A DNA stretch of 63,354 nucleotides, counting the filler, from Reticulomyxa filosa (taxonomy: Eukaryota > Protista > Foraminifera): assembly GCA_000512085.1 (NCBI GenBank). It is 15 parts of 15 records of this genome, joined end to end, with 100 filler letters (N's around TTAATTAATTAA, not from the genome) between each part and the next. Parts side by side here need not be neighbours in the genome. Positions count along the whole stretch, not along the records: positions 24,316 to 25,920 come from ASPP01010185.1; positions 26,021 to 27,850 come from ASPP01041893.1; positions 27,951 to 29,735 come from ASPP01021273.1; positions 29,836 to 42,036 come from ASPP01005589.1; 11 more parts are not named here. One strand, given 5' to 3'. Position 1 is the stretch's first letter; each line of letters opens with the position of its first letter. The translations under genes were made by a program, and so were the position numbers. Of the stretch, positions 24,511 to 37,892 are shown in pieces. The notes beneath the pieces were generated by a model, which had not been told where the DNA came from, searched no databases, and was given only the letters and a program-made list of their open reading frames with translations.

Positions 24511-25920
24511 CTACAACGTGGCTTGCTGCAGGCTGCGGTTGGTATCCACCAGCCGGTGCGCCATCACCGCAGCCACTGCCTTGTGCAAGGCAATGGCCAG
24601 CGCCGGCTGCGCCTGCTCCATGCGCGCCAGCTGTGCCGGTGACAGCAGCAGCACCTCGGCCGGCTCGCTGGCGTAAACGTTGGCCACCGTGCCGGCACCG
24701 GTGTACAGGCTGATTTCGCCCAGGATGGTGCCGCACATGAACTTGCGCAAACGCAGCTGCTGCCCGTCCGGCAGGCTGACGCGCACGCTGACGCTGCCGG
24801 CCAGAATCAGCAACAAACCCACGGTATGGCTACCCTGACGGATGATCAGGCTGCCCGGCGCGTACTGCCGGCGTTCGCCGTATGGCGCCAGCTCGGCCAG
24901 GAACGGAAACGGCGAAGCCACCGCCCCGGCCTGGCGCTGGCGCGCCAGGTGGCGGTCTTCGGCAAACTGCACCGCCAGATCCAGGTTGGCCACAAAGCGC
25001 AGCGGTTCGTCACGCAACACCAGCAGCGGCACCAGCAGGCGGCCGCGCACCCCGCTCAGCATCAGCTGCCCACCCTGCGCCGCCACCAGCTGCGCCAGCT
25101 TGGCCAGCATCGACACCGCCGTGGCGTCCACCCCTTTGACATGCCGGAAATCGATGATGCACTGCTCGGGCTGCTCGCGGCGGTAGTCGTCGCGGATGCG
25201 CTGGTACAAGCGCTGGGCGCTGCCAAAGAACAGGAAACCTTCCAGCACGTACACCGCCAGCCAGTCAGACGCCAGCAGCAGGCGCTTGCCCGCCTCTGGC
25301 CGGCTGACACGGCTGGGCACGGTATGGTTGCTGAACTGCTGCTTGATGAAATCGATCTTGCTGTACTTCACCAGAAAGATCAGCGAAGTAATCACCACCC
25401 CCTGCCAGCGCGCCTTCCACAAAGCCGGCCAGGCACACCACCATGGCCACCAGCAAGCTGATGGCCGCATCCAGCGGCGACGGGCTACGCCAGGCTTTTT
25501 CCAGCGCATCGGACAGCAAGCAGTAGCCAAAGAACAGCAGCAAGGCCGCCATCACGAATACCGGCATGAACGCCAGCAAGGCATCGGCAAAGAACACCCC
25601 CAGCAACAGCATGCCGGCCAGCACGTAGTTGGCCGCACGCGCATGCGGGCCCGCCACCTGGCGATTGAGCAGCGTATCGCCAATGAACGATACGGTAGGA
25701 AACGCCGCCAACGCCCCGCCGGCCAGGTTGGCAACACCGTAGGCACGCAGCTCGCGGTTTTCGTCCACGTCCTGGCCCAGCACCTGCTCCAGTGCCACGA
25801 TCTGTAACAAGGCCGTCAGCAAAGCCACCACCGCCACCACCAGCAAGGTAGGCAGCGACGCCAGCCAGATACCGGCGTCCAGCCCGGCCAACAAAGCCGA
25901 CGGCGACCACCCCTGCCCGG
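24511..25920 (-). CDS. Bacterial SulP-family anion permease with STAS and cNMP-binding domains (5' partial; frameshift near 25400)
   Basis: GC-rich contig with no introns. TM part: DVDENRELRAYGVANL (ORF 25265-25894). STAS: LEGFLFFGSA...IIDFRHVKGVDATA. cNMP domain: IIRQG...GTILGEISLYTG (ORF 24511-25530). The frames join at a G-run. Confidence 0.9.
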
Positions 25921-26020
25921 NNNNNNNNNNNNNNNNNNNNNNNNNNNNNNNNNNNNNNNNNNNNTTAATTAATTAANNNNNNNNNNNNNNNNNNNNNNNN
26001 NNNNNNNNNNNNNNNNNNNN

Positions 26021-27039
26021 AAACAGATAAAGAAAAAGAAATACAAAATATAGAGAAAGAAGAAAAAAAGATAATAATTGAATAAAAGAAAATACTCAAG
26101 CATTGGATTCGATCATTGTCTATCAAGATTGGATGGATTTATGATTTTAACATTATCACTTCAAAATATGTTTTGGTATAATATTTATGATTGCATATTT
26201 TATTTTATAAATGATAACATCATTATTATCATAATAACATACAATAGCTGAGATATTTTAAATTTTTAAAAGAAATTAACTGTAAAGGAGGCCGTTTGTA
26301 TATGGTACAATTTTCACCAGATGGCCAAAAATTTGTTACAACATCAAGAGACAAAATAATCCGAATATGTGATGTAAATTCAGGAAAAATAGTTAAATAA
26401 TTAAAAGGACATTTAAACTATACTAACAAAGTGCTATTTTCACCAGATGGGGCTATGATTTTGTCTTGTTTACTATCCGTTTATGAGATGTAGAATCTGG
26501 TATTGAAATTAAAAAATTGCAGACAATATAGACACAGCACATTTTTCACCAGATGGTACGATTATTGCATTTTTTTCAAGTGGTACAACAAAAATATGGG
26601 ACTTACAATCTGATCAGGTTCGACTATTGAGCGATGTGAGATCAAAATTTGGAGCTTTTTCATCAAACAATCAACAAATTGTGCTATTCACATAGGATAA
26701 TTCAGTTTTAATTCTTGATGTAAGATCAGGTGAAGAAACAAATCTAAACTGTCATTATTTCCCTGTTTTGTCAACTTCATATGGAACAATTCAAATATGG
26801 GATGTGGCATCAAAAACAAAATAAAAAAATCTGGTGACTGTGGATTGAAATTTTTTCCAGATAAACAGATTATAATAGGTTTAGCAAATGATATGGTGAC
26901 ATTATGGGATGCTAAATTAGGAGTAGAAATATAACTACTGTATATTCCTAAACACCTGACACATACCGATATTTCTTCAGATGGGAATACAATTATACCA
27001 TGTTCTGATGGTACAATTCAATTTTGGGTACCATTGTGA
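26021..27039 (+). pseudogene. WD40-repeat pseudogene with family-type N-terminal helix (HWIRxLxIKxGWIxDF)
   Basis: CATTGGATTCGATCATTG...GGATGGATTTATGATTTT, then an intron, then FSPDG/WD units with in-frame stops and frameshifts. Confidence 0.8.
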
Positions 27040-27745
27040 ATAAAGAAAAACAAAAAAACAATTAATAATTCATTTTTCTTTCTTCATATGAAAGTTAATA
27101 TTGAATTCAAATCTCTTAAACAAATATCTACAAAATCATGTCATTTTTCAAATTTTCTCAAAAATTTATATAATTAACAGTTTGACAAGATATGCTGTGT
27201 GAAATTTTTTTAGCATTAAATTTTAACGATCCAAATCTTCTTTCAAAAAAATTTACAATTTTTCTCTGTGTGAATCTTAAAAATTATAAAGAGATTCAGT
27301 GTGATACTTCATTTGTTTTTTAAAAAACTTTCTAATATTCCCCCTTTTGGAAATATTATCAAAACTTGAAAATAGCATGATTTGTAGTTGTTCTTAAATC
27401 GATCCAACAATAATCTTATATCTTGATGAACACTCACATATTCAGGGTATTTTTTTCAAAGTATAGTGAAGAATATATGTAAAATATATATGCATATACA
27501 CATTGTGTGCTAATTATTATTTTGTTGTTCTTTGTGCTGATCAGACTCAAAATTTTTTAGTAATGAGCTCAGTGAGTAGGGGGTCTGGTAGACTAGAAAA
27601 GATCTTTTTGTTGAAATATACTATACTTGTATCTAGTCTATTCGGGTAAATTATCTTTTTTTGTCTTCTAACACTTGGCAAGTAGTTTCGTGCTTTAATT
27701 ATTTTGTTGTGAGAATAGTGAAATTTAACATTAAAAAAAATTAAT

Positions 27746-27850
27746 ATGGTTGATACCGCATTCCAAAATTTGAAAAATTTACCAGATTTAATTTATAAAT
27801 CTCAATGTGTGCTTCACAAGCAAGAAATCATTATTTGTGGAGGTTATAGG
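27746..27850 (+). CDS. Kelch-repeat protein, 5' fragment
   Basis: MVDTAFQNLKNLPDLIYKSQCVLHKQEIIICGGYR, open to the contig end. This is a Kelch GG motif. Confidence 0.7.
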
Positions 27851-27950
27851 NNNNNNNNNNNNNNNNNNNNNNNNNNNNNNNNNNNNNNNNNNNNTTAATT
27901 AATTAANNNNNNNNNNNNNNNNNNNNNNNNNNNNNNNNNNNNNNNNNNNN

Positions 27951-29735
27951 ACTCCTTGATAGCATTTTTTCCCTCCTTCAATCATGCCAATCCCTTCTTG
28001 CGATCTTGAGAATATTTTTTTAACCTCTTGGTCAAAGTGGTCTTTTTTTTTTGAAAAGAAAAAAAAAGACATTCCTTAGCTGATTCAAATGTGTCTTTTT
28101 TTTTTCTCTCCCCTTTTCTTTAAAAAGAAAACCTCAACTGTCACAACGAAATAAAGTGCAATTGGATATCGCTGCATTGAATACACTCAAAAACATATCT
28201 TCTTGTTCAGTGCGAAGAAGCGAGCCTAATCCTTCAAAATCCAGGATTACGTACATGACATGTTTTACAATGCAAATACTCAACCACACTCCATCTATGA
28301 CACAACAATTTTGACAAAAAAGTTTGCAATTTCGAAACATTCAAGGGGGGAGGGGGGGAAAAAAAAGTCAAACCAGTGCATCTAGCCCCGCTTACAGCAA
28401 ACTTAGTTCCAAAGAGATGATTGAGTCTACAAATTTAAACATTCAATTTTCTTTTTTTTTTTTTTTAAAAAAAAAAGGGTCATTGTATAAGTAGCATGTA
28501 TAAAAAAAATAAAACTGATAGGATTTCCCGGTGGACTGCTTTCCCATTGACGTTACTATCCGTACGGGTCCCTCCCATGCTTTGATCAAACCATCGTATG
28601 CACTGTACATACACATGTACAATGTATATACGTATACAATAATAATAATAATAATCTGTGTAATGTAAAGTATAAAAATAGCGTGGATTAATTTCCTTAA
28701 CCCAAATCGTATTTTTGTACACAAGGCAATTGGATTTTCTTTCCATCTTGAGTATCGTTCGTAATCATCAGTTCCATTGTACATGACACAAAAGTCATTA
28801 TCTTTGCCTCGTGCGATTTGAACGGGCATTTGTGAAATGATTTTTTGGATGAACGTTTCGCCACTTATAATTTTCTTTGATTGGGGTGTACTCGCTATGA
28901 TTTCCTTTAACGATTCAAACTTTGTTAGTTGCTTTGCAGAACATGACCATTCCAACGATGCAAAATTTTTCCCTATATACGTATACATGCCACGTGGCTT
29001 CCAAAAAAAAAAAAAAATAAATTATTATTATTTTTTTATTTTTTATTTTTTTTTGGGTCTTTTCTTCTTTCTCTGGTCTATCTACTCGATATACCTGTAC
29101 TGAAATGGATTTTTTTTTTTGCTTGAATAATACAACGTTTGGCGGCATGACAGATGCTATCATCATCGACACCTTCTCCAAATATGGTAAATGTGGTATG
29201 CAGTACTAAGGATCCCAAATGATCAAGAAAAACTGGCAGAGTTCCAAATTTGTCCAACGTCATCTCTAAATAATCCATCTTTTGTTTTGTTTTATTTTAA
29301 AACTTTAAAACTTCAAAGGCTATATATATATGTATGTAAAGTGCATGAACAAAATAAAAAAAAACTCTTGTTCTGGAAAGTGTTGTGTTTGAGTTGGTGT
29401 CATTCAAAGTGCCAATTGTAGTTTGCAAGCTGTGTTCTTGCGTTGCAATCTTCATTGGATACATATTCAAAGTCCATTTTTGTTGTGACTTGACAATGGC
29501 ACACAAGTGCCATACGTTATTGATTTGTTTCAATCGAAATGTGTGAGGATCCACATTGTCCGCGTTTATCGACTCCGGCAGCTCCACTGTTGGCAGCCAT
29601 GCCTTATGTTTAATTAAAAGCACGTCCATGGTAATTCTGCTGGGACTACCCGGTGTAGAGGCGCCCATTATCGCATCATTGTCTTCTTTGTTGTCGCTTT
29701 CCATTTCACGACGGAATGCCAATAAATAAGCCCCA
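27951..29735 (-). CDS. GB1/RHD3-type (GBP/VLIG-like) large GTPase, internal multi-exon fragment
   Basis: Spliced motifs: G1 SMGKQSTGKSY-LNHLFGTKF, G2 SGARCT-DGVW and G3 ILDFEGLGS, followed by RTEQEDMFLSVFNAAISN. A long non-GTPase region lies upstream. Confidence 0.8.
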
Positions 29736-29835
29736 NNNNNNNNNNNNNNNNNNNNNNNNNNNNNNNNNNNNNNNNNNNNTTAATTAATTAANNNNNNNNN
29801 NNNNNNNNNNNNNNNNNNNNNNNNNNNNNNNNNNN

Positions 29836-30370
29836 AGAGTCCGTTATCTTTCCGTGCACATCACGATCTAGTTGATTAAAGTGCTTGCACAGCTGTTATT
29901 TTTTTTTGCGATTGTTAACACAACATTTTTGTGCTTCACAAAAATCGATCCACTTTTTTTTTTTTTATTGTTGTTGTCAATCATATGTGAGGTTCGTGAT
30001 TGGTTTGAAATTCAACTTTTTTTCGCAGTACATTTGCCGCAAAGAAATGAGCATCTTTTGGCAATTTGCTTTGTTTCAGAAATAGGTTTAACACTGTCCA
30101 CGAATGTTTGTCATTTGGAAATGTCTAGTATATATTCCCCCCCCTTGTCACTGTTATTTGTGTTGTTACTTTTATTTATTTCGGATGCAAAAATATAGAA
30201 ATAAACATGTATGTAGCATCGTCGAAATGCCAAACTTGAGTCAAAAACTGATTGATTTGTTGGCGTTGTTCACTTGAAGTATTACTTGCATTCATCTTGG
30301 AGATTGCATCCAAGGTTCGTGAACATAATGCTTGAATTTTATGTTCAGCAGAATCAGAATTGCTGCTCAT
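29836..30370 (-). CDS. Importin-beta superfamily protein (transportin-3/Mtr10/importin-13-like), 5' part
   Basis: Exon 1 ...TSSEQRQQINQFLTQ is spliced (GT ~30235, AG ~30124) to TFPNDKHSWTVLNLFLKQSKLPKDAHFFAANVLRKKVEF. This is an IBN_N-type pattern. Confidence 0.6.
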
Positions 30371-30833
30371 GTTCGATTCTGCCCTTTTCTAAATAGAAGC
30401 ACCCTTTTTTCGTTTGGTCTTTTCCTTTTAACAAGAAGCATTTTTTTGCTAACTACATAATTAGATAAAAGATCCCTTATAACTGCCACGAGTTTTAATG
30501 AAGTTAGATCTAAAAAGCAAAGATTACCACCAACGCTCGTTCAAATTGAGCCATGGAAAATTCAAAATTCGGTTTCTTTAACTGTATTATCCATCCAAAA
30601 AATGGATTCAAAGCCTTTCGATAGCAAATACTTGGTAATGTTGTTAAAAAAAAAATTGCAATTTGTAAACTATGAAATTCACTGGCTTGATAAATCACTA
30701 AAAAATGCAAATCAATTTAAATTTCAACACTTGTCATTTTTAAACAAATATTAAAGTTCAAAAATAGCTGCAAGACAACAATCAAAAAATAACTATTTTA
30801 CACGTAAGAAAATGTCTTTCAAAAGGAAAGATC

Positions 30834-33818
30834 TTATTTCCAGCCCATAATTTTCTTGTAAGCATCATCTTCCATCAATGTGACTCGATCTTCATTCCAA
30901 TCTCCACTTTTTGTCCTTTGATGGTACCTCGGCTTTTGTGGAAATTCTCGAAAGATACTTTCTAAATCACAGTATTTCAAAAGCAACGGACCAAATATTT
31001 CATCAGGGTCCATTGTGTCTTGTTCCTGTATCACAGATAAGTATTCTTTCGAACGAGCCCACAAAGCGACGTCTTGATTGTTTTTTTCTTCGTTATCGCT
31101 CTCTGTAAAATCACTAATATTTATTTTTTTCCTCACATTTGATTATGCAGAACAAGAATTAATATTTTTCAATTTTACTTTTTTTTTATTTGGTTTAAAA
31201 TCATAAACAAAACAAACACACCTTTCATAATCTGATATTTCGTGCTCTTTGCAGGTTTGCTGTTCATTTGGAGCGCATTTTGCATTGTCTGCATCGGGTG
31301 CCCATTCCTGTTGCACACAGTTCTCATCACCAGTAAATTCATCAACTGTTCTTGGAGTAGTGTCAACTGAATTTGAATGTGATGAGTTTGCTTGGTGCTA
31401 TATTTTTACAAAGAGAACAAATATGTATCACTTACGACAGTCGTTGAACATGAATTAAAATGGTAAAAAGACTTTTGTTGTTTTGCAAAACAGAGTGATG
31501 GTACGAGGCAGATTGATAGTGCTTTTTTTCATTAAGATGGTCATTAATGCCGGTATGATTGTTCAATGTTTGACTGTTGCCAGTGGAGAGAATATTTCGT
31601 TTTGATTTTGGTGATCGTTTGGGTTTGTGCTTTCCGGTCTCTGTCTCTTTTATTTCGTCTTTTTTCTTTAACGGCACTTCTTTGTTTACTTTCTTTTGAT
31701 TGGCTTGCACGTTCAATTTCTCGTTGCCTTGTTGTGCTTTTTCCAATGCCAGTTCTTGAAATACGTTTGTTTGTATATTGTTATTGTTGTATGCTTTGCG
31801 TGTGCATTTGCCACTTTGAACAGACACATAAAGGGTCATTTCATTTGGCTGCCCAGAAAACAAATAAACAAATAGAATGTATTGCTCCTTAGAGTTACAT
31901 CACTGCTTTTCAGGAGTGGAAAATGGCTAGTCAAATTGGGCATCGACTTGTCCAAAACCTTGAAATTTAGATTTTGGTCTTTCTTCAAAAACTTTGGCTT
32001 GCTGTTTTCATTCAAAGTTTGAGAACGATTCAAATGTTCCAACGTCAATGAGTTATGATGCCTTGCCTTTCCTTCGCTGTTGTGATCTGTACTTTCGACT
32101 GGCAATTGACTTGTAGAACCTATTACTTGACTGCTTATTGTTAATCCATTGCGTCTTACATCTGGAGAAACTTGGCTTTGCCAATTGCCATTGTCCAATG
32201 CCTTCGAACACATCCAATTTTTATGAGGATCTGTCGCGACATCAAGAAGAAAATCGGTTTTAGACCCATCGGACCAACTGATACGTCTTTTTTTATTTGG
32301 AGGTAAAATCTCATTTGCTGTATTATTCGTGGGTATTTTCCACGTGTTTAAATCCATCAATTTGTTGTACTGCTTGTCTTCTGCTCGAGTGTTCGAAAAA
32401 TTTTTTTCAGCTACTGATGCATTTCGGTTAATCTGTTTTCCAAACAAATTATTTGCGCTGCTATTCCACTTTGAACATACTAAGACAAAACAATATTGAA
32501 AACACAAACAAGCAACCTGATTTTGTTGCAAAGAAGGATCATCAACTCTTGATTGGTTGTTCTTTGCATCAGAATTGAATTTCACATCTTTCAACAATCC
32601 TCTTGTACTTTTTTTCGTTTCATTCTCTGTTTTTTCGCTACATTTCACACTTGCGGGAACTCTATGTCCACAGTACGTATAATCTTTTTTTTAATGTGAA
32701 GTTAACATAAAACTTTCGTTTTACAATTATTAATTTCTTTTTTTTTTTAGGAAGCACAAACAAAAAGAATTTCTTTGTTTTACAAATTAACTCTTGTGAG
32801 TTTAAGTTTGTTTGGTTTGTCAGCGTCGTTGGTGTTTCTATATGTTTGAAAAATTCACAGCAACAAGTGTTTACGTCTTAACGAATGTAATTGAAAAAGG
32901 ATGGAATAAGGAAAAAAAAGTACAGAAACTTAAATGGTGTGATGATTCATTATTGTATTTAGCTTTGGGCTATAAGTGAAACAGTTTTAATACATTGTGT
33001 TTTAGATTGGTTTGAAAAATCAAAAAAAAAGAAAAGTGCTCAATTCTTTAAAAAAAGGGGCTAACTTTGTTGCACTTGGATTTAATCTTCATTGCACTTG
33101 ACAAAGGAACGGCAAACCCATCAGCCGTGATTTGATGCGGAGTAGCAGCATGACTAAGGTTTGAAAGAATATCTGTTCCTGGAAGTGGCTGAGACAAAGA
33201 TGTTGTAGTCTCATGACTTAAGTTGTTTGGTGTTGAACAAAGTAATGTGTGACAATCTGTTTCGTCTGTCGCAAGGTCTTTTTCGCACTTATTGTTTGTC
33301 ATCTTTAGCTCGTTTCCTCTTTTTGAGTCTTTAAGAAATCTTTTGTAGTGGTGAAGTGCCATAATGTTATTCCAATTTTGTTTTGTTAATGACCATTGGA
33401 ATCGCTGTTGTTCGTTCGTAATTGCCTTGTTTGTCCTTGCAATTGCTATCCCCATACATGATTGGCTCTAACGTTTATTTGTTTTGTTGTGTTTCGTTTA
33501 TTTATTTGATTTTTGTTTCTTTTGTTAGCAATAGGATGTGAGGTAGATTGTCTGCAGAGGTTCCAAACAATCCAAATGACTGAACTGTTGCAGAAATGTA
33601 ATCTTTCAAATGCCGCTTGATATTCCTGTCAAATCACAAAAGTCCATAAAGAAACTGATCAACAAATTGAAATGCAACTAGAACTTAATATCAGAGGCAC
33701 ATTGCAATAACAAAATACATTCTTCGTCAAATAGATCTTTGATTTGATCTGCTTCTCTTTTAAATGAGTCAGATACACCAAAGAGAGTTTCATTCAGAGT
33801 GACAATTTTTCCAAGCAT
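30834..33818 (-). CDS. INCENP: INCENP-like protein (C-terminal Aurora-B-binding IN-box); 5' boundary uncertain
   Basis: The last exon VALWARS...QDTMDPDEIFG...CDLESIF...PRYHQRTKSGDW..DR...YKKIMGW matches the IN-box. It is preceded by long low-complexity S/N/K-rich exons. Confidence 0.7.
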
Positions 33819-34193
33819 TAATCTTGCTTTTCAGCCTTCCATCCAAAAGTTAAAAAAGGGGTCTTACATACTTTAGTTTATGTGCCCAGCAACTGCTGTA
33901 AAGAAATCAAACTAAAAGAACCTATAATTGATTTATTTGCTATAAGAAGTGTAGTATAAAGAGAAAGGTTAATTGCCAATGATGACGTGCAGTTTTTATG
34001 CAGGTTTGAACGTTACATAGAAAGCAAAATTTTGATTGAAGAAAAGGGAAGATTTAACGCAAAAAATGTGTTTTTTTTGGTCGCCTTTGATAAATTGTTT
34101 GCTGTTTACTGTCTTTTCAATTTAATGTGACATAATTCATATGTTTCTGCTGTTGAGAATAGTATTCATCAAAATGATAAAAAATACATCTTT

Positions 34194-36248
34194 TCACCAG
34201 ATTTTTTTGTTTGCATGTGAGCCCAAAAGTATGACGACTGTGAACACCACGAATCCTGCCATCATCGAAAAAGCACTCAAATAATAAGGAAAAGCGCTAG
34301 TAATGAATCTATCGTATTCATCATGTCGAAAGGGTCGTACTGTCACCAAGTCTTGTACAAACAAATGACTCCACCCATGTCGCCGATAATTAACCTCAAA
34401 TTTGTACACTCCGAACACGTCAGGTAACTTATTTCAAAAACATGCCAAAAAAAAAAGGAATTTATCACAATCACAACAATAACAACAAAAAAAAAAGCAA
34501 AACTTCAAATTCAATGGAATAGTGTCCTTTTCCTTCATATTTGAGGAATTTTCGAACAAAGGGGTCTAAGCGAATAAATTCAAATTGGATATCGTGGCCT
34601 TCAAAAGGTATCCAACAGTCACAATCCAATCTATACTCTTGGATATCGAGACTATATTTCTGCGATGTATTCAATACGCAAGAAAAGACAGCGATATTTC
34701 AAAACTCTACAAAAAAACGAGTATCAAACAAAGTTTAAAAAACAAAAATAAAAAGCAAGTGCGTAACCACAAGGTCTTTGATACGATACCGGTTTGGTTT
34801 GATGGTAGTATCTCCAACTTTCTGATGGGTCACATTCACAGCCCGTAAGATTCCACGCTCGCCAAAGGTCCATGCGCTAACGGCATGTCCGAGTTCTTCA
34901 TTTCCACTTTTTTTAAATGTTTTCGGCAGGCCATTGACAACCGCCGACACTCCGCTGGACCAGAAACTTCATTTTCACCCAACGCACAAACACAACAGCT
35001 CTTTTCCAATCACTTTTTTTTTTAATCACTTAAAAAAAAAAAATAATAATAAATTCAAAATATTAAAAAATAATAATAAACATAACTCATCAGAGAAGAA
35101 TTTTCTGGACCCAACGAAAGAAATTCTAGCATTATTACGGGTTTGTAAGGCTCCGATCAGAGCCAATGGATTGCCACTTTGAATAATAATTTTGTCAGGG
35201 GGGCCTTCAATCGATTTGTCAGAATATGCTGTTGAAGAGCCTTTTTAATGTATTTTATTGCAAAGGTGGAAAAAGGAATAGATTTATTTTTAAAAAAATG
35301 CAATACAATGCAATCCGATAGAACAGATATAAAAAGAAGAGAAATACCAGACAAAAGTTTAGTGTTGAGGTGCGCATTGTCTTTGAAGTGCAATCCAATG
35401 CCATCGAACAACACTGGCGCAGATGGCTTCGTTTTGCCTGAGAAAACTCCTTCATAGTCGCTCCAACCATCCGTCACTATCACTCTATGATTAATGGGGT
35501 CCTTTTCATTATCATAACTTCCGTGATCTCTCACGTGAGACTGTTCGAACATTTCATAAACATTTATTCTGTTGTTTTTATTTTTATTTATTTTTTGGTT
35601 TCTATAAATTTCCTCTCCCTTCCCTCCTTTCCCATTCCTCACTTTTTTTTATAAAAAAAAAAAGGGGCCTTGAGTCAGAACTTTGTCTGGATGAATGACA
35701 ATACCACATCGCTCACCAAACTTTCGAATTACTTCAGAGTTTTGTTCTTCCAAAGTTACCAATGCATTACCTCCATTGTCCACAAACTCCAATAAGTTAG
35801 TCAACTTGAGTTCTCCACTTTCATCTTGTGTCCATTTTTTTTGTTTGTTTATTTGTTGTTTTTTTTTTGCATTGATTATGTTGTTTGTTTTTGACTATTT
35901 GTTGCTTCAACTTAATGTATTTGGAGATAAAATTACAATATTTTCATAGTTTCGAACACCAAATGTAAACAATGACACACTGGTATCGCTTGCTTTTTTG
36001 ATTTCTAATTTGTGACCACGGTCTGTGATTTTCCATTATTATTTATGTTTCTCTTTTTAAAAAAAAAGAGGCGGCTCCGCAGTGAAATTGTTTTTTTGTT
36101 TAGACACTTTGCTCAAACTTTGGAGACTGCGAAGGAACCGCGAGTAGATATTCTTTGCTAAATCATCATCTACCAACACAAGCGTTCTTGGGGCAGCAGA
36201 ATACGCCACAAACAACAACACACACAAAAACAGCAAGACTTTAAACAT
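34194..36248 (-). CDS. WBP1: Oligosaccharyltransferase 48-kDa subunit (multi-exon)
   Basis: Signal peptide plus RTLVLVDD...YSRFLRSL; FIRLDPFVRK; PDVFGVYKFEVNYRRHGW...VRPFRHDEYDRFITSAFPYY; then a TM helix and a KKxx C-terminus. Confidence 0.95.
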
Positions 36249-37433
36249 GATGCTTGAATCTATTTATTTTTATTTTTGTCACTTCAAAATTCGAGGTTTT
36301 TCGCAACTCTTCTTACCACCGTAGTGTGTTGAAAACTCTCGTCTTTGTATAAAATAAATTCGTAAAAGACGGTTTTTTGCAAAACTTTCAATTATATCAT
36401 TCTGTCCTTTATAACAAAAAAAGAGCTAATGAGCCAAAAAAGATACAATTAAAATAAAAGACTCGATTATAATGATACTACAAAAGCTTAGGATTTGAAT
36501 TTACAAAAAAACTATATTGATGGCACAATAAAACTCAAACAAAATCATGGCTAAGAACATATCTTCGTCTGAATTTTTAAAATATGACACGAATAAGTTT
36601 AGCCCAGAAACCTTTACATATCGAGCTTCTGCCAAAAACAAAGCTAAGACAGTGTGCTTGTAATAATTGAACTCCGACTGATCTAAACGGACGTTGTTAT
36701 TTTAACTGTGCTTCAAGCTTTTTTGCTTTCATTAAATTGGACGGCTCTTGGTTAATTTTTTATCAAGCTAAAAAAACAAAGATTTTTTACACGGAGATAT
36801 TCATTTAAAATTTTCAACTATTGGCGGAAACCCGCTTTAAACACTTAACAAAAAACAAAGTACAAAAGTTTTTTAAAAAGGAACTCTTTGTTAACCTTGC
36901 CAAAACTACTTTACGAAGCACTAATATGAAAAATTTTCAAAGAGCTTTTATTGTAACACATTTTTAATTTTTGATTGCATTGACGGTCTTCCAAATGAGA
37001 AATACATTGAGTATTCTTAAAATTAAATATTGACAAATATGCACATTGACTCAGCACGTATACTCATGAATCATTATTTATTTCCGAAATGACCCTTTGT
37101 AGCTTTCAATGTTGTAAATTGTACATTATTGTAAAGATATCTTTTTTTTTACAATAGCTTATGTGACAATTTGAATATTAGTTATTGACAAAAAGTTTGT
37201 TTCCTTTTGAAATAAGAGTATTTTTAATATATGTGTTCAGGATAGAATGATTTAAGAAAAAACTCCTGTACCCCAGCAAAGAAAAAAAGATTAAAGTCGC
37301 GTTGCAACTTACTGGAAAGATCTCCTTGGATAGAAATATACCTCTCTTCAAAATTACGTTCAAACCTCACATTAAGGTAACACAAACAAGACGTGATATA
37401 TCACTGGTTTTTTTTTACTTTATTTTAATTTTT

Positions 37434-37892
37434 TTATTGTTTTATTGCTGTCTGAACAACACTTGCAATCAATCCAGCAAATCCAAAGTAACGGATAGCT
37501 GCACCACCACTCTTGATCACATTGGTATGAGTAATATCTGGTAACACGTTATAACCAGCAACAAATGCAACACTCCCCAAAGTTGCAAGAATGCTAGACC
37601 ATTTTCCCAATGGAGACAATTGTTTGGTTTTGTCAGCATTCCACTGTAAATACAACAACATTGCAACCATTATTCCGCTGTACTCGCTATGATTGCTTTG
37701 ACATCGGAGAGCTACTCGAAATTCATCTGCTTCGAGTAAAGAAGGATCGCCTTTCTTGGCTGCGTTCAGTCTCTTGGAGGATATTCTCAACGCCAGCCCA
37801 ACATGCAAGGTTGCAATGACAAGTGCACCGTATGCTGGGAATTTCAAACTTCGATCACCAGTTTCCGCTAATTTCAAAGCATGCACAGACAT
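37434..37892 (-). CDS. MAPEG family membrane protein
   Basis: 152 aa with about 4 TM helices and the motif FRVALRCQSNHSEY (MAPEG RxxxNxxE). Confidence 0.75.
   Translation of the reverse strand: MSVHALKLAETGDRSLKFPAYGALVIATLHVGLALRISSKRLNAAKKGDPSLLEADEFRVALRCQSNHSEYSGIMVAMLLYLQWNADKTKQLSPLGKWSSILATLGSVAFVAGYNVLPDITHTNVIKSGGAAIRYFGFAGLIASVVQTAIKQ

Noticed and set aside
24479-25910. Many overlapping ORFs on both strands of the GC-rich contig
   Set aside because: These are shadow ORFs caused by the low stop-codon frequency at high GC. Only the SulP frames have domain motifs.
24316-25920. Horizontal transfer of SulP (or of hemB/patatin) into the host genome
   Set aside because: The bacterial sequences occupy whole contigs with no host-type flanks or introns. 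Co-sequenced bacteria are the simpler explanation.
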